Source of the DNA: Macrostomum hystrix
Taxonomy: Eukaryota > Animalia > Platyhelminthes
Assembly: GCA_950097015.1 (NCBI GenBank)
Contig: CATNEN010000003.1
Span: 4,712,001 to 4,776,000, forward strand
Direction: 5' to 3'
Length of the DNA stretch: 64,000 nucleotides
The notes beneath the pieces were generated by a model that saw only the letters and a list, made by a program, of their open reading frames with translations, had not been told where the DNA came from and ran no database searches. Numbering within the stretch: the stretch's first letter is position 1; each line of letters opens with the position of its first letter. A program made the position numbers and the translations under genes. Shown here piece after piece: positions 26,001 to 35,612 of the stretch.

Positions 26001-29000
26001 CGCCTCCCCGCTGTGTCCATCGGACCGCCCTGCAGATAAGTCAAGTAAGTCAAGGCAGTGGGTATTTGAAATTTTTCACGATTGTAAAAGTGGTACACTT
26101 TGGCGGACTTACAAATACAAATTAATAATGTGACATGTGACAAGATCGCTCATCATTTTGAGCTCTAAATACGAGTACTAGTTGAGCATACTTACCGTCC
26201 GCTTCAGAGCTGAACAGACGAACAAAGTCGTTGAACATCCTGGCAATCAGGGCCACCTTTCCGCGATCGTCCTCCGGAGGGCCGACGCCCAGCTCCTCCA
26301 GCTGCTGGGTGAGGCGCTCGCGCACCACCTGGACATCCTTGATCACCTCGGGAATGAATTTCTGAAAGGAAAACAGAAATCTAATAAAGGCCCCTGAATT
26401 TGCACCTTCGAGGTTAAAAACAAAGAAAAAAATGTATATTCAGGTTTGTTCAAATTCTCGCGAAGTTTGATATAGTTCTCACATTATCTACAACATGACA
26501 TGTGCACTTGTCGGACCTCAAATTGGAGGTCGGGGGTTCGATTCCCAACTCTACTGGGAAAAATGAGAGTTCTTTAGCAAGTTATTTAAAACTTTATTGT
26601 TTCAGTTCACCGAGATATTAATGGGTTAATTTACCAGATAATTAACAAGCATACGTTGATGAGTGTGAGCAGCTCAGTATAATTAACAAGCATACCTTGA
26701 TGAGTGTGAGCAGCTCAGTGCTCAGTCGCTTGGCCAAGGTGTCGGTGCCTCTCTGGCTGGGGTCCAGCTGACTAAAGAATGGATCATTGGAGAAGAATCG
26801 CATCTCGTCGACTTTCGCCTCCTTCAATAGCTTCTTGTTTTTAATCTCTTCCTGGTTGCGGCATTTCACAGTGATGTAGCCCTTGGACAGGGGAAATGTG
26901 ATGTTGCGAGCGATCTGAAGCTTCTCCTCTTCCGCGCCTTTGTTAACCAGGTCGGGAAAGGTGAGAACACCTGGAAAGTTGCAGCGATTTGCATTTCGTG
27001 AGTTTTCGTGCAGTTAGCAAATTATTAAGAGTATTTAAATCAATAGAAGGGGGTAGGGGTTAAATTTGCTAGTCTAGTATACTAAATTCATTAAAAGCTT
27101 GTCGACTCGTTAACAGACAGTCTCCGAAATTCCAAAAAAATATAGACATCAAGGAGTGAATGTCAGAGCGGTGTGATGTGTTTGCCTCTCGCACAACTTT
27201 CCAGGCACAGCAAGAGCGCAGGCTGCCTGACGATGAGAAAGTCAGGGTAGATCAATCATCCGTGTGATTGTGTGCTTTAAAGTCAGCGGAAAGTGCCCAC
27301 TGCTCTTAAACATTGGGATGCCCTCCTGTAAACATTTTTCGGTAGTGAAATGGCTGCATCGCCGTAAGCTTACCAATGGTTCGCAGGCCGTACGGATCAA
27401 CATCTTTAGCCAACTGCAAAGCCTCCATTGTAGCCGTATCGGCGCTCAATGGAATTACCGTCAGAATAATAGTCTCTTCGCGTTGAATGTACTCTTTGAT
27501 AATGTCCGTAGTCTGAGGAATATATTTTTAATTATTGTTCAGTTTGGATAATCACAACTCGAAATTATTAATATTTTAGGCTCGTACCAGTTGGTAGAGA
27601 TTAGACGACCCACCGCCCTCGGAGTGTCCGTAGCGTGCAATGCCGGGCAAGTCGACCAGGGTCAGATTCGGCAAGTCTGGCGCCTCCAACGTCATCTCGA
27701 TGATGTTCTTGGAGATGGCTTTCTTGTGACCTAGCATTGCGAATACAGGGTGTGGATTTTAGTGAGTATATTTTTTATTTTTGGGGCCTAGTGCATGGGT
27801 ACAGCTTCTGACAATTCTGACCAAAGTTTGGGTGCTTTGATGCAGCCGATAGCACAGCCATAGCTATTGCACGGCGCATCTGAAGGCCGCGTATGGCTGT
27901 TCAGTCTGGGGGAGGGCACCCAGCCAATGCTGGTACCGGAAGCAATGCAGAGTTAATTGTTTTGCTACTAAAAGACACAAATTGTTCCAGAGAAGTCGGG
28001 AATCGAACCCCCGACCTTCAAGTCGTGAGTCTGACGCTCTAAGCACTAGGCTGCAATAGCGGTGAAGGCGGCAAAAGATTGTTAGGTATCATTACATTCG
28101 GTCCGATGTTCCTTAGTGTGGCGGCATGTATAGTTCTACTGAAATGTACAAAGAATCCAAGCAAGAACAAAGGATTTGATAGCTCACCAGTGATCCTCAT
28201 CTGGGCATTCTGAATCGCATTCTCCACATCATCCGGCGATTCGATATCCCAGTGCACCTCCTTGCCCTGGGCGTCGAAGTAGCGAATTGTGCCGCGCCAT
28301 TTGCAATCTCCGGACCGCATGCTCAGCTGCAGCGGGCAGAGCGTCACAACGCCATTGCCGCGCGGAAAGCTGACACCGCTAATGGTCTCCAGCACGGAGC
28401 TCTTGCCGGAGGACTGATCTCCAATCACCACAATGGATGGCAGCTTCAGCTCCTTGGCGAATCCAAGGCCGCGCAGTTTGGAGATCTGGTCGAGGCAGGG
28501 CTTAATCTGCTCGGCGTAGGCCTTCGCCAGCGACGACTTCATCTCGGCTAGGCGCGCGTGGTACTCCGGACCGACCGGCTCCACCCGGTGGACATCGCTG
28601 CTGCCGATGGTGGCAGCCGGATTGGCTCCCACCGCGGAGCCAGCGCTGAACATCATCGGGCTAGCAACCCGGAAGCCGCTGAAATTGCGCGGCAGCTGAT
28701 TCGACTGCGGCGGCGTCGCCACCGAGGGCGGCGGCTGTGACATGGGCGGCAGCGAGGCGGGGGTTGTTGAGCCCAAATAGGTGACATTGCCACCCGTGCT
28801 GCTGCTGTTGAAGCTGGCTCCACCGGACAGGAAGAATGACGGCGGCTGCGACTGGGGCGGCAACGACGGAGGCGGCTGACTAAAGCCAGGCTGAACTCGG
28901 CTGCTTGGGCTTCTGCGAAAGAAAAATATATCAAAGCCGACGTTTGAAAGCTTGAGGCGACCCGAACAAAAAGACATTGGTTATAAACATGGATTTGGGG

Positions 29001-29623
29001 CAAGCTCAAAGGATGTGATGTGTCATCGAAGGATCTGATGTGCCATCGAAGGATCTGATGTGTCATCGAAGGATCTGATGTGCCATCGAAGGATCTGATG
29101 TGTCATCGAAGGATCTGATGTGTCATCAAAGGATCTGATGTGTCACCAAAGGATCTGATATGTCACCAAAGGATTTGATGTGCCACCAAAGGATTTGATG
29201 TGTCATCGAAGGATCTGATGTGTCACCAAAGGATCTGATGCGTCACCAAAGGATCTGATGTGTCATCGAAGGATCTGATGTGTCACCAAAGGATTTGATG
29301 TGTCACCAAAGGATTTGATGTGTCACCAAAGGATCTGATGTGTCATCGAAGGATCTGATGTGTCATCGAAGGATCTGATGTGTCACCAAAGGATCTGATG
29401 TGTCATCGAAGGATCTGATGTGTCACCAAAGGATCTGATGTGTCATCGAAGGATCTGATGTGTCATCAAAGGATCTGATGTGTCTCCAAAGGATCTGATG
29501 TGTCACCAAAGGATCTGATGTGTCACCAATGGATTTGATGTGAGTATGCAAACTTTCTCACGCAAACTTTCGACCCAGCAGCTCATCCGGATCTGGCAGC
29601 TGTTTCAGCGGTTGTCCGTTCAT
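23092..29623 (-). CDS. Mx: Mx-like dynamin-superfamily large GTPase, 10 exons, ~862 aa
   Basis: Exons 29623-29562, 28912-28188, 27730-27588, 27512-27374, 26970-26696, 26361-26196, 24950-24589, 24073-23833, 23651-23407, 23322-23092. All junctions are GT-AG, phases are consistent, total 2589 nt. Motifs: [19 protein letters not shown] (G1), LTLVDLPGI (G3), [20 protein letters not shown]-terminal GED. Confidence 0.85.
24174..24532 (+). mobile_element. tRNA-derived SINE (family B), Mx intron
   Basis: A box TGGCAGAGCGG, B-box-like GAGCTCGATTCC, conserved body and (ATT)n-like tail. Multiple copies in the window. Confidence 0.85.
25150..25420. mobile_element. Foldback/MITE-like element
   Basis: gtcggcatcgtcgagatattcaacgattctcgtccaag (~25216-25251) is an imperfect reverse complement of cttggacaagaatcgctgaatatctcgacgacgctgac (~25343-25380). 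Confidence 0.6.
25436..26051 (+). mobile_element. 5'-truncated non-LTR retrotransposon (LOA/R1/I-group-like ORF2 C-terminus and 3' UTR)
   Basis: [10 protein letters not shown]...[19 protein letters not shown] is a C-terminal zinc knuckle. Short repeat tail taagtcaagtaagtc. Flanking near-perfect 13-bp TSD aagg(g/c)agtgggta at 25423-25435 and 26052-26064. Confidence 0.75.
26512..26630 (+). mobile_element. Degenerate SINE family A fragment
   Basis: gggttcgattcc B box followed by a decayed CORE-like block (ctttagcaag...tcagttcacc...taatggg). Confidence 0.5.
27839..28056 (-). mobile_element. SINE family A, internally deleted copy
   Basis: Matches the head and 3' part of the 41.4 kb copy. Confidence 0.8.
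29008..29541. repeat. 20-bp minisatellite (gaaggatctgatgtgtcatc) in Mx intron 1
   Basis: Direct tandem repeat, ~26 copies. Confidence 0.95.
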
Positions 29624-30322
29624 GATGTCCACAGAGAATCGGCGTTTTTCCAAACAGAAATTTTTCTATAAAAGCGATAGAATTTTGTTTAACTTCAGTT
29701 TATAACAGGCCAAAAACTGTCTAAGCTTGACACGCATGCACCTCCAATTTTAAGCTCACCTCAAACCGGCCTCACAGACTCCAGTGCACAGAGGGGTCAC
29801 ACGCACAATGCAGCACAGAGGCAGGGAGGTCAATAGACTGGCTATAGACTGTGTGTGTGAGGAATGCACTCAAAACTAGATTTCTTATTATATCTTTCTT
29901 CCGTCACTACCTATCTTTTCTCACAGACTCTCTGAGACAACGAAGCCAACCCAGAATGCGTGGAATTCGTCTTGAAATTCTCTCCCTCATACAATAAGCT
30001 GCTACAGAGAGGTCTGGACTCTGGATTACTTTTTTTATATACGTACAATGCTCATCCATAGATGGAATTTCGCAAAATAAAATGACCTGAAGCGAGCAAT
30101 TGGCAGACCAAAAATTTATAGGCGCCTAACAGCTCTGGTGCATGACCATGAGGCATGAAAGTAAACATTGACTATGATTCACCGTCTGTGTGGAAGATTC
30201 ATAATACTACCTACGGCCTTAAAGTAATTCTTTGACCGTAGAATTAGACCGTTGAAAATATGATAAATGAACAAAACTTTTAGTTTTCTTAGTGATAACT
30301 CAAAATATTTCAAGGTACGAGT

Positions 30323-30922
30323 AGATTCAACAGAATCATGAATGAGATTTAACAGAATCATGAATGAGATTCAACAGAATCATGAATGAGATTCAACAGA
30401 ATCATGAATGAGATTCAACAGAATCATGAATGAGATTCAACAGAATCATGAATGAGATTTAACAGAATCATGAATGAGATTCAACAGAATCATGAATGAT
30501 ATTCAACAGAATCATGAATGAGATTTAACGGAATCATGAATGAGATTCAACAGAATCATGAATGAGATTTAACAGAATCATGAATGAGATTCAACAGAAT
30601 CATGAATGAGATTCAACAGAATCATGAATGAGATTCAACAGAATCATGAATGAGATTCAACAGAATCATGAATGAGATTCAACAGAATCATGAATGAGAT
30701 TCAACAGAATCATGAATGAGATTCAACAGAATCATGAATGAGATTCAACAGAATCATGAATGAGATTCAACAGAATCATGAATGAGATTTACCAGAATCA
30801 TGAATGAGATTCAACAGAATCAAGAATGAGATTCAACAGAATCATGAATGAGATTCAACAGAATCATGAATGAGATTCAACAGAATCATGAATGAGATTC
30901 AACACAATCATGAATGAGATTT
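30323..30922. repeat. 22-bp minisatellite (gattcaacagaatcatgaatga)
   Basis: Direct tandem repeat. Confidence 0.95.
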
Positions 30923-30929
30923 GAAAATG

Positions 30930-31472
30930 GATTCAACAGAATCGTTAGAGTGGATTCAACAGAATCGTTAGAGTGGATTCAACAGAATCGTTAGAGTGGA
31001 TTCAACAGAATCGTTAGAGTGGATTCAACAGAATCGTTAGAGTGGATTCAACAGAATCGTTAGAGTGGATTCAACAGAATCGTTAGAGTGGATTCAACAG
31101 AATCGTTAGAGTGGATTCAACAGAATCGTTAGAGTGGATTCAACAGAATCGTTAGAGTGGATTCAACAGAATCGTTAGAGTGGATTCAACAGAATCGTTA
31201 GAGTGGATTCAACAGAATCGTTAGAGTGGATTCAACAGAATCGTTAGAGTGGATTCAACAGAATCGTTAGAGTGGATTCAACAGAATCGTTAGAGTGGAT
31301 TCAACAGAATCGTTAGAGTGGATTCAACAGAATCGTTAGAGTGGATTCAACAGAATCGTTAGAGTGGATTCAACAGAATCGTTAGAGTGGATTCAACAGA
31401 ATCGTTAGAGTGGATTCAACAGAATCGTTAGAGTGGATTCAACAGAATCGTTAGAGTGGATATACCAGAATC
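30930..31472. repeat. 23-bp minisatellite (gattcaacagaatcgttagagtg)
   Basis: Essentially perfect tandem repeat abutting the 22-bp array. Confidence 0.95.
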
Positions 31473-32687
31473 AAAAACGAGATTTACCAGAATTATTAAT
31501 GAGATTGGAAAGTAGATATAACAGAAACGTAAATAATAAAATAAATAAATAAACAAACTGGCATTGCTTATAAAAAATAACAGAAGGAAAGTTGTTTCAC
31601 TAAGATCAAAGATTATGGATACTTCGAACTCAGTCTACAAACAAGTTACTCATTAAAAGGCTTTAGATACCTTGAGTTAGCAGTGTATTTATCCATTAAT
31701 TTGTTAATTAGGACCCATTACTTTTAGTTGAATATGAACGCAAACAAAATGAATTAAAAGCAGAAATATAAAAACTTATACAAGTTAAAATGGAGTCAAG
31801 TAGGTTAGAAAAATCTAAGCAGTTATGAGCGGAGCCTTTCTTTGAAATTTAATCTAACATAAGAACTGAGAAAATGGACGAGAAAAGCTTACGCCGAAGC
31901 GACAGTTACTACTATTATGACTACTTCCTATAAGCAGTATTTCCGATCAATCAAATTAATGAACGGTTAAGTTAGATTAGTAAAAATAAGTGAGTTAAGC
32001 ACAGACAAACAAAAGTCTGGATCGTTTTAAAGGAATGCAAAACAACCGCTTATAATTAAATAAGTTACATATTTTTCACTCTGAAAACAAAATTCAATTA
32101 TAAAAAATTGAAAAAGCATGTTATTACCTGACTGGTCACACAATCCACATAAGCTGCAACACATTAATTTTCTGCACTACACAAGCAGACAATAGATACA
32201 GACAGATATAAGCAAATAAATTTTTGTTTAAATGAGTAAGGAGTAATGAATAGAATGCAGACTTGAGATATGCAAGACAGAAAAACATGCAAAGAAGTAG
32301 ATCTTTTCTTGAATCGAGCGCAACTACACTCGTAGTTAATTTTTTAGTGTTTTTAAACTAGCATTAGAAATCCTATTTTTTTAGACTCAAGAAAAAGTCG
32401 TTGAAAATAAAATATTGAGGGCTACTGTTTTAATAAACAGAAAAGGCATGAAACCTGACATTTTGCGTAAAAAAGCCGGAAATTTAAATTTACGTAAAAT
32501 CCGGAAATTTAACGCAAAAACACAGAAAACACAGGAGCAGCAGACTAATCGCAAAAGTACAATCATTAAACTAGAAAACCGGGAAAACACGAAACTTAGC
32601 AAAAGAAATCAAATTAGAAAGGAACATTTAACAGCTAAAGCCAGAAATATTACGATTTCAATGGTTTGCTACTAATATAAGGAGTCA

Positions 32688-33062
32688 GGGGGGTCGGTGG
32701 CAGAGCGGTAAACGCGTTTGCCTCTCGCACCACCAAGGTCCCTAAGTTCGATTCCACGGCGAGGCCACATTTATTTGGGCGCAGCCGCGGAGAGAAGGCT
32801 TTGGGGGCTTGTCCTGCAATTTTCACCCTTAAGGACCAACCTCCAAGGTACAGTGAGAGTGTACACTGCCTGACGATGAGAAAGTCAGGGCAGATGTACA
32901 CACCTGTGTGAGCGTGTGCCTGCGTACAGTATCTGTGTGCGTGTGTGCTCAGGAGTCAGCGAAATGGGCAGAATTGCCTCCTCGCTGGCTGCGGGTCTAG
33001 TGTCACCAAATGGTGTGCCGTTGCCCACAGCCCTCCTGTAATTATTATTATTATTATTATTA
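32688..33062 (+). mobile_element. SINE family B, full length
   Basis: tRNA-like head with GTTCGATTCC, conserved body and (ATT)n tail. Confidence 0.85.
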
Positions 33063-33704
33063 GTATAGGGAGTCAAAAATACTTGTTTGATGCAAAAACA
33101 AAAAATCGATGCAAATTATTATTTGACGCGGCTAAACAAGGTAAAATCAACTGTTAAAGCAATGGTGTAGGTGCCCGTTAACATCTATAACAACTATTAT
33201 CAACGTTCAATCGTACAGTTGAGATTTACATGTAATACAAAACAAGATTTAGGCTAACGCAAAAATGTGTCTATTTTGTTAATTTTTTGCTAAGTTTTAA
33301 ATTATAAATCAAACAACAAAGCATGGCATTTAATTATTTAACAAGTGTGCACTCCAAAATTTTGCAAAACTAAATGTCTCTGTGTTGTGTGTAATTGCAT
33401 TCATTTTAAAGGAGTTAATAAAACAAAAGGAGGCACCGAAAGCAACATTTTCTAGAGTAAAACTACATTTTATCGATATGTTTTCGACTTCACGACAAGG
33501 AAAACAAAACAGGAAGCGAAGCACGTTTAGAGTTTAATGGCAAGGCTAAACAAGCGGAAGAAGTTTATGCCGAATTCGCGTCAAATTCATCGAATGAGAA
33601 AAAGATAATCAAATTAAATTCCATTTTTTGAAGAATGAGCACAGTGATTGAAGGAAGCCAATAGATGAGTGTTTAATGAGTAGATGAGCAGACATCGCAG
33701 CTTG

Positions 33705-34235
33705 TTAATCTTTTTCAGCATCCGTAGAAACTGCATTGACTCCAAGAGAAAGGAGATTTCTGCTTAGTCTGGCTCGCACCTTTTCCATATCTATGTCCAA
33801 TGACGACAAGTCAGAATCACCATTAAGGGCGCCGTTGTTAGCATCGGCATGATGATTATTGTTACTGTTGAGACAACAATGATCAGGAGCAGCATTGGAA
33901 GCTGCTATTGTCGCGAATGTAACTGCAGGCGTTGTGTTAGCAGTTCTAGATTCCGTCAGTTCAACATTAGACAATCCGGCATTGTCAATCATTGATGCCG
34001 ATGCTGAAGGCAGAGAAACCAGTTCAACCTGTCTGACGTGAAGCAATTGGACAAAGGTGACATCGTACAGTCCAGGCAGACCGCTTACAGCTGGATAGCG
34101 AACAATCACAACCTGATAGACTGGATCGTGACAGAGCACCTCAGCGCGAGGTATTCGCCTACCGCGACTAGTCACTAAATCTAGGATTGAGCCGGCGGGA
34201 TAGTACATAAAGTCTGAGTCGCCACCGGTGGACAA

Positions 34236-34274
<39 letters not shown>

Positions 34275-34298
34275 ATCGTGAACTAAATCGGCTGGCAT
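33705..34298 (-). CDS. LSM12: LSM12-like protein (N-terminal LSm domain, polyQ), apparently lacking most of the C-terminal AD domain
   Basis: GSILDLVTSRG..AEVLCHDPVYQVVIVRYPAVSGLPGLYDVTFVQLLHVRQVELV resembles the LSM12 LSm fold, followed by LSSLDIDMEKVRAR. Confidence 0.65.
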
Positions 34299-34734
34299 AG
34301 CTGTAGTAATTTCAATTTCATCTAATTAATATTCATGAAACACAGGAATATAGTCCAGCGAAGTTAATACGATGCGATATACTGATGTAGGCTGAAATTG
34401 GTAGTTTAAAGAATATTATAAGCATTGTATTTCATTGGTTTAACAATTTATATTAGATTACACCGGTCATAATTGGGCGAGATGTGTACTGTAGCTCCCT
34501 TCAAAGCACAGCGCATCTGACAGCTACGTACGGCTATTCAGTCCATGGACTGGAGTCAGGATTCTAAGAAACTGGAAATGAAAGTATTCCAAGAAACGCT
34601 AACAAAATTCTATAAAACCTTGACGGATTCATAAAATATAGAAAGACCCGCTTCTGGAAATGACGTATGCCACAGCGATTGCTGGAATCAACTAGTCATA
34701 ACTAAAGCTATTCAAATAGCGATCAATAAACTGG

Positions 34735-35077
34735 GAAATTGGGCAATGGAGCATCATTAGGTGACACTAGACCCGCAGCCAGCGAGGAGGCAATTCTGCC
34801 CGTTTCGCTGACTCCTGAGCACACACGCACACAGATACTGTACGCAGGCACACACTCACACAGGTGTGTACATCTGCCCTGACTTTCTCATCGTCAGGCA
34901 GTGTACACTTTCACTGTGCCTTTAAGGTTGGCCCTCAAGGGCGTAAATTGTGCGACAAGCCTCCAGCCTTGTCTCCGCGACTGCGCCCCAGATGAATGTG
35001 GCCTCGCCGTCGAATCGATCTTAGGGACCTTGGTGCAAGAGACAAACTCGTTAACCGCTCTGCCACCGACCCCCTCG
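34735..35077 (-). mobile_element. SINE family B
   Basis: Reverse-complement match to the 32.7 kb copy. Confidence 0.85.
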
Positions 35078-35612
35078 GATCGAATCGGATACTTGAGTAA
35101 TAGAAGTTAGATATTTTTATACAGCCTGAAAAATTAAATTTTAGACCATAAAAATTTTATACCTAGGATGTTAAGAGTTGGAGAATATAAAATTCCAGAA
35201 ATCGAATGTTTAAAATTTTAACAATTGGAATATTTAAACTTCCTAGAAATTGAATATTTAGGATGTTAAGAAATGCGAAATTAGGATTCTAACAAATATC
35301 ATTATCAGTAGAATCTGGATATATCAAAGGCCTAGAACTCTGGGACTTATAAAAACGATTGTTAACAGTAGCAAAGTAGTTTTTTTATATAAGGGACTCT
35401 TACTGTACATAAATTTCTGTAATCTATTCCTAGGAGATAATAGCAAAATAAGCAGTCTTAACAAACGACTCTACTGAAAGAACTGCATTGAACACATTAT
35501 CGGCAGTATATTTAATTTTTCGAATAAATAAAACAAAATGCACGCAAAATTTGTCATTAACAATCTCGCGCCGTTTTTAAGAACTTAAAAGAAATCTGTG
35601 TAGTTAGGAATC

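Noticed and set aside
30323-31472. CRISPR-like palindromic repeat arrays
   Set aside because: The linkers are identical rather than unique spacers, there are no cas genes, and the context is eukaryotic.
32860-32900. Hammerhead-like core CTGACGA..GAAA..GTC in SINE family B
   Set aside because: Stems II and III cannot form and stem I is out of register. It folds as a simple hairpin.
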